IMG/VR virus record: IMGVR_UViG_3300033175_000002
Source: an uncultured virus (IMG/VR IMGVR_UViG_3300033175_000002)
Taxonomy: Duplodnaviria; Heunggongvirae; Uroviricota; Caudoviricetes
Length of the DNA: 64,000 nucleotides
Strand: one strand, 5' to 3'
The number at the start of each line of letters is the position of its first letter. The first letter of the stretch is position 1. This document shows positions 8,117 through 17,058 of the stretch, one piece after another. The translations under genes were made by a program, and so were the position numbers. Under the pieces are notes generated by a model. That model was not told the origin of the DNA. It worked only from the letters and a program-made list of their open reading frames with translations, and made no database searches.

Positions 8117-9223
8117 ATGCAAGCAGTGTCCCAAATCGAGCCGACCACTTACGTCGGTCCTACCCAGGTCCTTGACCTGGCCCGCAGCCTCGAAGGGCTG
8201 AGAACCGAAGCCGTCGACTACGTTGTCGAAGGCGCTGACCTGTACTGTCTCGTCGTCGAGCCTGACGAGATCTCGCTGGAGTTCGGGAAGGCCGCCCCCC
8301 AGCCTAACGTCTGCCTGGCCTGGCAGATCGCCGGAGAAAAGAAGACTCTCCCCTTGACTCGCTGGGCTCAGACCCAACTTTCGGATGCATGCGGTATCCC
8401 TATCCGCTACTGGGATCGGATGGCCGAGGCCGGCAAGTACGACCTCTTGGCCGAGAACGTCAACAAGTGGCTCCCCGACCTGACCGGTCGAAGGCTGAGG
8501 ACTTACCCGGGCCTCGTCCGGGCGGTAGTCAGCAACCGATTCCGGGCGCTGGACAACTACGACCTGCTGCTCGCCGCGATCAAAGCGGCCCGAGGATCGA
8601 CCGCGGAGGTCCAGAAGGCGGACGTCACCGAGTCCCGGCTCTACCTGAGGATGATCGACCCCGTCCACACAATCCGGCTGGGCGATGGGTCCGACCTCCA
8701 CCCAGGGGTTGTCATCCGGAACAGTGAGGTCGGGAACGGTGCGCTGATGATCGCCCCCTACTTGTGGAGGCAGGTCTGCAGCAACGGCGCCATCCTGAAA
8801 CACGCCCTCCGAGAGATCCACGTCGGGACGAAGGTCGAGACGGGACTCCTCTCCCACGAGACGATCGCTCTGGAGGGAGAGCTGGCGTACCGGGCGGCTG
8901 AAGACGTCATCACCACGATTTTCAGGGACCAGAGCCGGTTCGAGGAGTACGTCCAATCGATGGACGAATCCCTGGGGGTCCGGATCGCCGACCCGCCGAA
9001 GGTAGTCGAGTCGATGACCCTTCGGCGTCAGGTCACCAAGACCGAGGCGGAACTGATCCTGGCTACCCTGGTCTCCGACCCGACGATCTCCCCTGAGCAT
9101 CGGGGGACCGAGTTCGCCCTTCGGCAGGCTGTCAGCGCCGTCGCCCGGGACATGAAGAACCCCGACCGAGCCGCCGAGCTGGAGATGCTGGCCGCTCGGG
9201 TCTCCGTCGAGGAGCTGATCTAG
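8117..9223 (+). CDS. DUF932/DUF945-like phage protein
   Basis: AQTQLSDACGIPIRYW, RAVVSNRFRALDN, GVVIRNSEVGNGAL, RQVCSNGAI. Confidence 0.8.
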   Translation: MQAVSQIEPTTYVGPTQVLDLARSLEGLRTEAVDYVVEGADLYCLVVEPDEISLEFGKAAPQPNVCLAWQIAGEKKTLPLTRWAQTQLSDACGIPIRYWDRMAEAGKYDLLAENVNKWLPDLTGRRLRTYPGLVRAVVSNRFRALDNYDLLLAAIKAARGSTAEVQKADVTESRLYLRMIDPVHTIRLGDGSDLHPGVVIRNSEVGNGALMIAPYLWRQVCSNGAILKHALREIHVGTKVETGLLSHETIALEGELAYRAAEDVITTIFRDQSRFEEYVQSMDESLGVRIADPPKVVESMTLRRQVTKTEAELILATLVSDPTISPEHRGTEFALRQAVSAVARDMKNPDRAAELEMLAARVSVEELI

Positions 9224-9224
9224 G

Positions 9225-9632
9225 ATGTCTACTGAAATTTTGCAGAGTACCGATCTGGAGGAGCTGCGGAACCACTGGCCTCCCGGGGTCGAGGTGTTCG
9301 AGCTGGCGGCCAAGCTGTCGTCACTCAGATCGGTCTGGCCCACCGATATCGTCCGGGCCATCATCGAGCTGAAGGCTGAGAACGGCTGGAGCGACGAGTT
9401 CGCACTGCTGTTGACGGGTCAGATCATTGACACCCCTGAGATGGTTCGCCGATGGGTCGCCCACATGGGCGTCTCCTTAGGCATAATTCCCAAGGATTCG
9501 GTCTTGCCCCTTCCGCCTCGTGAGGAGGAGGTCGAGGAGGAGGGGGCGGACTCCCCCAACCCGTCCCCGACCCATGCGGTGATGCTCGTCAGATCAGATC
9601 GGACCGCCAACGACGACCCGAACTACCGATGA
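9225..9632 (+). CDS. Hypothetical protein
   Basis: Operon-packed ORF. Confidence 0.55.
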   Translation: MSTEILQSTDLEELRNHWPPGVEVFELAAKLSSLRSVWPTDIVRAIIELKAENGWSDEFALLLTGQIIDTPEMVRRWVAHMGVSLGIIPKDSVLPLPPREEEVEEEGADSPNPSPTHAVMLVRSDRTANDDPNYR

Positions 9633-9645
9633 GGAGGGGGACCAA

Positions 9646-9909
9646 GTGACCGAAAATCTTGACAAGACCTGGCTGGTCCGCGTCCCCGTCGTGGGGTTCG
9701 TTGACGTCATGGTACCTGCCCCAACCAGAGAGGCGGCGTTCAAAGAGGCGGCTGCTGTAGTGGTCCGGCAACCCGAACTCCTGACAGAGCTCGGTCAGCT
9801 GGGGCCGGTCAGCTACTACCGATGCACCGGCCGGTACGAGGCCGCCGTCCCCGAACCGACGAGGATCGAGGTCCTACCGGACCCCGAACCCGTTCCGAGG
9901 GGGGGATAA
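9646..9909 (+). CDS. Hypothetical protein
   Basis: GAGGAGG RBS; operon-packed. Confidence 0.55.
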   Translation: MTENLDKTWLVRVPVVGFVDVMVPAPTREAAFKEAAAVVVRQPELLTELGQLGPVSYYRCTGRYEAAVPEPTRIEVLPDPEPVPRGG

Positions 9910-9910
9910 G

Positions 9911-10471
9911 ATGCACATGATCATCCGCGTCCTGGTCTACGCCCGGGATCATGAGGAGGCTCTAAGTTTGGCCCAGGCCACTGCCGAAAGGCTGGTCGAG
10001 CGGGGGACGTTCGACTACTTCGTCGATTTCAAGGAGGAGGGCGGCGGCCCCGGTCTCTTCGGGCAAGACCGGTGGGGGGCCCGGCCTTACGCCCTCCCCG
10101 TCCACACCGCCAAGCACCCCTGGTATATCATGGCCGGTCTCGACGACGTTATGGCCGCGTTCGATGCCACCCGTCGTGACTTCTTCGACGACCTGGCAAA
10201 GATCAAGTACATGATCGAGAAGTACCCGGCTGAGGACTTGTTCGAGGAGCGGTCCTCGATCCCCCCGGACCCGGACGATCGCAGAGACCACATTTGCATT
10301 TTCAAGCACTATTGCTACTGTGCCGGCCAATACGAGGGCTCGAACGTCTGGCTCTACGATGATACTGCATCCGGGATCCGGGACTCGGATCACCTGCGAA
10401 GGGTGCTCGATGACTGGGACGAGCCCGAAGACTGCCAGCTGTTCGCCGTCCCGTTCGACGTTCATTTTTGA
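9911..10471 (+). CDS. Hypothetical protein
   Basis: MHMIIRVLVYA...FDYFVDF...VPFDVHF; globular composition. Confidence 0.65.
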   Translation: MHMIIRVLVYARDHEEALSLAQATAERLVERGTFDYFVDFKEEGGGPGLFGQDRWGARPYALPVHTAKHPWYIMAGLDDVMAAFDATRRDFFDDLAKIKYMIEKYPAEDLFEERSSIPPDPDDRRDHICIFKHYCYCAGQYEGSNVWLYDDTASGIRDSDHLRRVLDDWDEPEDCQLFAVPFDVHF

Positions 10472-10479
10472 GGTGGCCC

Positions 10480-10812
10480 ATGCACATAGAATTCGAAGCA
10501 CCCCGGCCGAAGTCTGGCCGGGCTGTCAGGGCGGGGGCCGATCTGTGGAGGGCTCGTCCCTGTATAGGGCGGGCCGAATATTTTGCCATGATGACCTGGC
10601 CCGGCGGCTACTTCGAGACTCACGTCGTAGGTGAGGGGGGGACCCGGGTCCAGATCTGGAAGCATGGTCGGTCCCGAGACCTGACCCCCGACCGAGCCCG
10701 AAGGACCTCGGGGTTCTGGTACGCCGAATCCTCGATCGGGTCGATGGACGACTGGGCCCGGTGCCTCGCGGACTACGTCCGGGATAGGGTCGAGGGGAAG
10801 GTGGAGGCATGA
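10480..10812 (+). CDS. Hypothetical protein
   Basis: ATG after GAGGTG RBS. Confidence 0.55.
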   Translation: MHIEFEAPRPKSGRAVRAGADLWRARPCIGRAEYFAMMTWPGGYFETHVVGEGGTRVQIWKHGRSRDLTPDRARRTSGFWYAESSIGSMDDWARCLADYVRDRVEGKVEA

Positions 10813-11630
10813 TCCCCTCCCCGGACCACGTCTACCAGATTCCAGAATGGATCGCCCGCCAAATCCCGGCGCTGATCGGTCCCGAAGAATCGATCTGGGC
10901 CGAAGCGTACCCTCCGGCCGGCGACCCCGACCCGAAGATCGCGTTCACCACGTTCGAGACGCTGTCCCGGCTGGCGGTCGAACCCGTGCTGGCCCGGTCC
11001 GAGGGGGGCCTTACTGCCGCCATCGTCGACGTCTGGACTCGGGTCGAGGCCGAGCTCCCCCTCGTTCCGATGTACGTCCCCCTGAACTTCAGGTCCCTGG
11101 AGGCTTATCAGGCCGGGCTGTCGGCCCTGGCTTACTCGGTCTCCCCAGACGCGAAGGCGGTAGTCTACTGCGGAGAGGGCGGGGTCGTCCAGCGAGCGAT
11201 CCACGAAGGCTGCCTTCAGGAGACGGGTCGGATCGGTCCCTACACCCGAGACCCTACCCGGGTCTTCTGGTGGGCGGTCCTGACCGGGACCGACCCCCTG
11301 AGCAAGGCGGTCGTCGACTGGCTGAGGCTGATCTACGGAGATCATACCGACCTGCTGGCGTTCCTGGGCGGGCTGAACCTCTTGCCCCCCCGGATCAGCT
11401 ACGTGCTGTCCGACGGGGCTCAGTCGGAGCACTGGGACTCCTGGGACGGGGTCGTTGCCTCGGCATCGATCTGGTTCCCGGCCGTTCACCCAGTCCTCGA
11501 CCTGAGCTCCGTCCCAGATGGTGACGTCGAGGCCGCCCAGCACGCGATCGACGAGTGGCTGGATCGGGTGAAGCGTGACCGGGTTTTCCCTCTTCCCCTC
11601 CTCCAGATATCCCGCTTGAGCGATCCATGA
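10809..11630 (+). CDS. Hypothetical protein
   Basis: 273-aa ORF, ATGA overlap, GGAGG RBS. Confidence 0.65.
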   Translation: MIPSPDHVYQIPEWIARQIPALIGPEESIWAEAYPPAGDPDPKIAFTTFETLSRLAVEPVLARSEGGLTAAIVDVWTRVEAELPLVPMYVPLNFRSLEAYQAGLSALAYSVSPDAKAVVYCGEGGVVQRAIHEGCLQETGRIGPYTRDPTRVFWWAVLTGTDPLSKAVVDWLRLIYGDHTDLLAFLGGLNLLPPRISYVLSDGAQSEHWDSWDGVVASASIWFPAVHPVLDLSSVPDGDVEAAQHAIDEWLDRVKRDRVFPLPLLQISRLSDP

Positions 11631-11687
11631 CCCTCGCCCCGCCCACCCCACCAATTTTTACGATCCGCCCCCCCCCCCCCACTCGAT

Positions 11688-11795
11688 CCCCAGATCATGC
11701 TGTAATTCGCGCAAAGTTTATATGGAATACGGCCCTATATAGTATTTGAGGGGCGGCCCGTGAGGGCAGCCCTGAGATGAACAGTGCGAGGTGCA
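11688..11795 (+). promoter_or_regulatory. Early promoter/leader module copy 2
   Basis: CCCAGATC-N5-GTAATTCGCGCAAAGTTTATATG, GTGA-loop hairpin, GTGCGAGGTGCA. Confidence 0.75.
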
Positions 11796-11801
11796 TGAAA
11801 C

Positions 11802-12083
11802 ATGTGTCCCTGGAAAAAAGTCGAAAAAGAGGCCGTGCGCTGCCGGGTCCAGACTGCGGATGCAATCAAGTTCCACTCTGACGGGACTGTGACTGCGATG
11901 CGCGGATACTTCTATCGGAACCGCAAGGCCGAGGAAGGATTGGTAGATGAGATCAAGGCGGTCCCCGGCGCAAGGGTCGTCGACTACGGCTGGCATGAGA
12001 GCCCGTTCTGCGGGGGGGCCAAGGTCGGATCCAAGAAATCCACCTACTACTGGGTCAAGTTCGTTGTCGATGGAGGTCACTGA
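11802..12083 (+). CDS. Hypothetical protein
   Basis: First ORF after promoter module. Confidence 0.6.
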   Translation: MCPWKKVEKEAVRCRVQTADAIKFHSDGTVTAMRGYFYRNRKAEEGLVDEIKAVPGARVVDYGWHESPFCGGAKVGSKKSTYYWVKFVVDGGH

Positions 12084-12187
12084 AATGGTCCCCGTCGACC
12101 TCGGACTGTGCCTGGTGGCGTGCACAATCATATACGAGCTGCATATAAAAATCCTGAAACCTGAGAACCCGAGGAGGTGCAAGAACA

Positions 12188-12505
12188 ATGGACGTTGAAT
12201 CTGTAGTCGAGTACGGTCAGCCCCGGCCAGAGGGGTCGTGGACCCGGCTATGCGTGAAGGTAGGGATCGATACGGCGATTATAAACGGTGACCGAGCGGC
12301 CAAGGACGAGGCCGATCGGGCGGCATGGCACGTCAACAAATCGACCGACCTGCCCACCAGGGTCCGGCGGCTCGCCAGGGGCCGGTACGCGGTCGAGGCC
12401 CAGATCCCGACCCCTTCCCCCTGCGACGAATGCGGGGCGAATGGGGTGGAGAGCTATCCCGGGGAGCATTGCCCGTGCGAGAACGTGCTCAGAGAGGTGG
12501 TATAA
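12188..12505 (+). CDS. Hypothetical protein with C-terminal Cys cluster
   Basis: GGAGGTG RBS; CDECG...HCPC. Confidence 0.6.
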   Translation: MDVESVVEYGQPRPEGSWTRLCVKVGIDTAIINGDRAAKDEADRAAWHVNKSTDLPTRVRRLARGRYAVEAQIPTPSPCDECGANGVESYPGEHCPCENVLREVV

Positions 12506-12898
12506 ATGGAGATCCTCCGAGAAAAGCATCGGATACTGGCCCAGGACGGCGACTATCACATCATCGTCGCCGTCGATGACCGGGCCGGCGAAATCCCGGA
12601 CGCCTACGTCGAACGGCTGATGTACTGGATTCAGTCAGTTTGGGACTGGGAGGCGGTGGAGATCTCCGACGTCCGGGCCGAGGAGATCAGAAGAGCGGAG
12701 TCCGGGGCGGTCTGCTATACGCTGGACCAAGGCGACCTCCGGGGGCTCTTCGGGGGCGAGTTCGTTGACAGCCCGGGACCTCTTCCGGGCTACCCGGAGG
12801 ACCCTGATTCGTGGCCGTCCCTCCAGGCCCACGCCTACATTCCCAGGGAAAGGTTCTCCGAGGAGGTACAGAGGGAGTTGTTCGGGAAGGAGGAGTAG
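12506..12898 (+). CDS. Hypothetical protein
   Basis: GAGGTG RBS, abuts upstream stop. Confidence 0.6.
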   Translation: MEILREKHRILAQDGDYHIIVAVDDRAGEIPDAYVERLMYWIQSVWDWEAVEISDVRAEEIRRAESGAVCYTLDQGDLRGLFGGEFVDSPGPLPGYPEDPDSWPSLQAHAYIPRERFSEEVQRELFGKEE

Positions 12899-12901
12899 AT
12901 C

Positions 12902-13210
12902 ATGGCAAAATTTCAAGTCGAAGGTGCAATTTTCGACACTGAGAAGGCGCAAAGCCACTGGTCCGAGGCTTCGGACTGGAACGGATCTAATCATATATCG
13001 AGGGCAACGGGGAGCCAATGGAACCACGAAGCCCTCTACCTAAGCGCAAAGGGGTGCTACTATGTGGTGAGGTCGTCGGACTTCCAGGGCTCGCAGGATG
13101 AGATGGAGATCTTGACTCCGAGGGAGGCGGCGTCGTGGCTGATCTTAAACGATCACGGCGACGACCTCCCCGGAGATTTGGCCGGGCTGGCTTCTGAGGT
13201 GGTGGAGTGA
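12902..13210 (+). CDS. Hypothetical phage protein
   Basis: FDTEKA...HEALYLSAKGCYY...LTPREAASWL pattern; GGAGG RBS. Confidence 0.65.
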   Translation: MAKFQVEGAIFDTEKAQSHWSEASDWNGSNHISRATGSQWNHEALYLSAKGCYYVVRSSDFQGSQDEMEILTPREAASWLILNDHGDDLPGDLAGLASEVVE

Positions 13211-13425
13211 CCCCCGCCCCTCTGAAGGCCGGCGACCGAGTCCGGTTCGCGTCCCCGTTCGGGGGCACCGAGCTGGGCCGGATCGAGGAGCTTGATGATA
13301 TATCCGCGACTGTGATCGCCGACCAGGACGAGACCCTGTTCGTCCTGGCAACGAAAGACCTGATACGGGCCTGATCCGGGCCCGGTACCCCCGGATCGTG
13401 CGAGAAAATTTAGGAGTGTCCCAAC

Positions 13426-13875
13426 ATGAGCATAACCCTGAGCAAAAAGCATGGGGTCAACCCTGGCCTCATAAACTGCTATTTCTGCGGTGAAACAAAA
13501 GAGATCGCCCTATACGGTCGCCTCCCCGGTGATCAGGAGGCGCCGAGGGCCGGCGTCCTGAACCTCGAACCCTGCGAAACGTGCAGGGATCTGATGTCCC
13601 GGGGGATCCTGCGAATCTCGACCCGGGATGGCGAGGCCGAGAAGTGCGAGGCCGCTCGGGATGAGGCCCGGCGGGCCGGGGCCCCGTTCATACCGAACCC
13701 GTGGCGGTCGGGGGGCTGGGTGGTCGTCTCCGAGGAGGCAATCCGAAGAGTTCTCCCTCCCGAGCAGGCCGAGGCCCTGCTGCAGCAGAGGTGGGGGTTC
13801 GTCGAGGACTCCCACTGGGACCGGCTCGGGCTGCCGAGATCCCCGACGGTCGAGGCCGAGGCGGGAGGCGACTGA
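13426..13875 (+). CDS. Hypothetical phage protein with two CxxC pairs
   Basis: MSITLSKKHGVNPGLINCYFCG...EPCETC. Confidence 0.7.
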   Translation: MSITLSKKHGVNPGLINCYFCGETKEIALYGRLPGDQEAPRAGVLNLEPCETCRDLMSRGILRISTRDGEAEKCEAARDEARRAGAPFIPNPWRSGGWVVVSEEAIRRVLPPEQAEALLQQRWGFVEDSHWDRLGLPRSPTVEAEAGGD

Positions 13876-14107
13876 GATGCCGTCTGATGAGTGCCAGATG
13901 ACCTCCGGTCTCCCCTCCTGGGCGGACCGGGCTACCCGGGGCCGCCATCATGCGGCCAAGGTCTGTCCTATAATGTCGTACCGGTCAAATCCCCCGGTCG
14001 CTGTCGACTGCGTCAGGGAGCGGTGCGCTGCATGGTTCTGGCCTCACCAGGAGGGGGAGTACGGTCAAGGGTACTGCAAGCTGATCGGTCCGGGGAGGCA
14101 GGTCTGA

Positions 14108-14409
14108 TGGGCCGGCCCCGAAAGCATCCGAAGCTGTATAACTTCGGATGGCTGCTCCGGCAGTCCGTCGATCTGCTGAGGACTGATTCTCAGATCGCTG
14201 GGTTGGTCGGTTGCACCCCGGCGGACGTGACCTCCGCCCGCCGAGCCTACGGAATCCTGGCGATGCGGCCCCAGGGCGCGAACCGGTTCATCAGGTCTCC
14301 GGTCCAGATCTCCCACTACCTCGAACGGGAGGAGTGCTACATAGCCAAGGCCCGACGGCTGATGCGGGGCGAGCTGGTCGACCCTGCCTGCGGGGAGTGG
14401 TGCGAGTGA
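14108..14409 (+). CDS. Possible HTH protein (start approximate)
   Basis: RTDSQIAGLVGCTPADVTSARRAYGI. Confidence 0.45.
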
Positions 14410-15018
14410 TATACAAGACCGTGACTGCAACCAACTTCCTCCGAGGAGAGCTCTGGCCGACGAGGTCGATCGGCCGGCACGACCTCACGGCCCGGTGGGT
14501 GGAGGGGAAGGGGATCGAGGTCGTCGACCCCACCGGCAACCGGGTCGACGTCTGTTACGCGTCGACCGCGGACTGCTGGACTTGTTATGCCTACCTCCGG
14601 ACCAGTCAGGGGTCGGTGTTCATCGGCGGGTGGCAGCACGGGGTCGGGCCGACTCCGACCCGGAAACGCCCGCCCAAGTTCGAGAACTTGGTCGAGGCGA
14701 TCAACGCGGGCCGGACCTATACTTCGACTGACCAGCTGCCGCTTAGCTGCGGCAGAAACCCGAGGAGGAGGTGATTCCGATGCTATACGTCGCTATGATT
14801 CGGATGAGGTCTCCCTCCCACGTCCGCTTCGGGCTGTTCGTCGACCACGGGTGCGCCGGCGATCTGACCCTCCGGACCGAGGAGTTCGAGGACTTCGTTC
14901 GGAAGCTGGGGGCGTTTGTCAACGAGGATGCGGCCCGGCCGGACCGAGACGGGTACTTTAAAATGCTCGTCGAGGATGGGATGGACGCAGAGTCGAGACG
15001 GATTCAGGAGGGTCGTCG

Positions 15019-15375
15019 ATGAACCCCACAGAACGAGACCGCTGGCTGGCCGGGCTGAAACCCGGCGATAAAGTCATGTACCGGCGGGCTGGCAGCACAA
15101 AAACAATCGTCGAAGCCGAGGTCGTCCGGCGGACCCCCACCGGCCAGATCGTGCTGAAGGGCGGTCGCCGGTTCCGACCGGACGGATCCGAGATCACTTC
15201 GTCGTCCTGGGATCGGGTTCGGATCGAACCCTCGTCCCCTGAGCTTCTGGAGGAGGCCCGGGCAAGGGTTCGGCTGCTCGATCTCCGGGGGGTCAACTGG
15301 GAGACCGTACCCAAGGATGTCATCTCCGAAGTCCACGATCTGCTTGTGCAGCGGGGGGTGCTCAAGGATGCCTAG
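15019..15375 (+). CDS. Hypothetical phage protein (SH3-like beta barrel)
   Basis: WLAGLKPGDKV...VVRRTPTGQIVL...RFRPDG. Confidence 0.6.
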   Translation: MNPTERDRWLAGLKPGDKVMYRRAGSTKTIVEAEVVRRTPTGQIVLKGGRRFRPDGSEITSSSWDRVRIEPSSPELLEEARARVRLLDLRGVNWETVPKDVISEVHDLLVQRGVLKDA

Positions 15376-15561
15376 CTACCGAGCTACCCGGCAGCGGAGG
15401 GTCGAGGCTGCCCAGCGATGGGCCGCCGAGCGGCATCAGCAGGCAAGGGTCCGGGCGGACGCCCTCTCGGTCCTCGACCCGGGCTGGGCCCCACCGCGTC
15501 GCCCCCACGGTCACATTCACAATCGGCTGGTGGTCCGAGTCGTTCCGAGGAGGTCGGGCTG

Positions 15562-15891
15562 ATGCTCTTCAAGCCTGAGCACATACCGATGATCCGGTCG
15601 GGCCGGAAGACCCAGACGCGTCGAACTTGGAAAACTCCGAGGGCGAAGGTGGGGTCGACCCACCTCCTCAAGACCCAGATGCTCTCCTCGGAGAACTTCG
15701 GCCGGATCGAGATCCTGAACGTTCATCGGGAGCCCCTCAGCTCCATGACCGACATCGACGCCCGGGCTGAAGGGTATGATACCCTCGATGAGTTCCGGGT
15801 CGTCTGGGAGCGGATCAACGGTCCTGGCTCATGGGACCCTGACCTATGGGTCTATGTGGTGCAGTTCAAGTTCGCGGAGGGGGGGCGGTGA
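15562..15891 (+). CDS. ASCH-domain protein
   Basis: MLFKPEHIPMIRSGRKTQTRR...DARAEGY...WVYVVQF. Confidence 0.88.
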   Translation: MLFKPEHIPMIRSGRKTQTRRTWKTPRAKVGSTHLLKTQMLSSENFGRIEILNVHREPLSSMTDIDARAEGYDTLDEFRVVWERINGPGSWDPDLWVYVVQFKFAEGGR

Positions 15892-16132
15892 GGTTGTTTT
15901 TTGGCGGACCGTCCGAGAACGACGGGCGGAAAACCCGATCGCCGCTTGTCACCGTGTACTTCAGGGGTACTCGGTACCGGATAGTCCATTCGCGGGTCGA
16001 TCCCCAGTTCGATCGAACCCCGGTCTCAGCACCGAACGCTCTATACATATCAGAGCGGTGCGGCAGCGAGCCGGTTACAACCTCGATCTCCTCCCCGCTT
16101 ATCTTCATCGAGGCCGATCATGGGGGTCGGTT

Positions 16133-16540
16133 ATGAGTCAGGGCTGCACCCTGGCCGCCCTGGAAAAGATCGGCCCGGCGACAGCCCGGTCGGTATCTGA
16201 TTTTTCGGGGCTGTCATATGCGGCGGTCGGTGCCAACATCCGGCGGCTCCTGACGTGGGATCTGGTCCGCCGATACGGCATTTCGGCGAAGTCGAAGAAG
16301 GCTGGGGCCCCGGCGATCGTCTGGATCGTCGCTGGGCCGATCGAACCTCGCGCCCCGCCGAGGCGGCTTACCTTTGGATTTTGGCGCCGAGCTGACCGAA
16401 CCGGGCCGGTCATCGGCCGGACCGGGCGCCCGATCGCCCTGCTCGACTGCTGCGAGGCGGTCGAGCCCCTCGGAGAGGAGGGATCGGAGGCCGGACCCCT
16501 ATCTAAGATGGGGCTAGTTCCCAGTCCAAACATGATTTAG
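16133..16540 (+). CDS. Winged-helix protein
   Basis: LAALEKIGPATARSVSDFSGLSYAAVGANIRRLLTWDLVRR. Confidence 0.6.
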   Translation: MSQGCTLAALEKIGPATARSVSDFSGLSYAAVGANIRRLLTWDLVRRYGISAKSKKAGAPAIVWIVAGPIEPRAPPRRLTFGFWRRADRTGPVIGRTGRPIALLDCCEAVEPLGEEGSEAGPLSKMGLVPSPNMI

Positions 16541-16558
16541 ACAGGAGGTGCAAGAACA

Positions 16559-17047
16559 ATGGACGCAAACAAGATGAGGAAGATAGCAGGAGTTATGTTC
16601 GGGATGGTTGCGATCCTGATAGTGGTCGCGCTGATGATACCCGCCCCCCAACCCGTCTCTGACTACAGCGGCGCCCTCACGGAGGATGCGGTAAAGGCCG
16701 AGCTGCCTTCGACCGAGAGGGGAGCTCAGGTCTCGGTCGTAGACGGTGGGGTGGTGACGGTCACCCGGACCATGAAGCCGAACCTGACCCCGGCCATGAT
16801 GCTCTCCGGAGGCCGGATCGATACGATCGAGGTCTTCGAGGCGCTGTTCGAAGATCCTCGCATCGAGCAGGTGATGGTAATCTCGAACACCGAGTTCACG
16901 GACAAATATGGGCAGTCGACTAAGGGGGCCGGTTGCTGGTACCGCTTATCCCGGGCGACCGCTGACAGGGTGAACTGGGACGTGATGCCGTTCGAGAACT
17001 TGGATCAGATTGCTGATGCCTACTTCGTCCACCCGGCGCTGCGGTGA
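16559..17047 (+). CDS. Membrane-anchored surface protein
   Basis: N-terminal basic plus hydrophobic segment KIAGVMFGMVAILIVVALMI; GGAGGTG RBS. Confidence 0.7.
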   Translation: MDANKMRKIAGVMFGMVAILIVVALMIPAPQPVSDYSGALTEDAVKAELPSTERGAQVSVVDGGVVTVTRTMKPNLTPAMMLSGGRIDTIEVFEALFEDPRIEQVMVISNTEFTDKYGQSTKGAGCWYRLSRATADRVNWDVMPFENLDQIADAYFVHPALR

Positions 17048-17058
17048 GAGGTGGCCCG

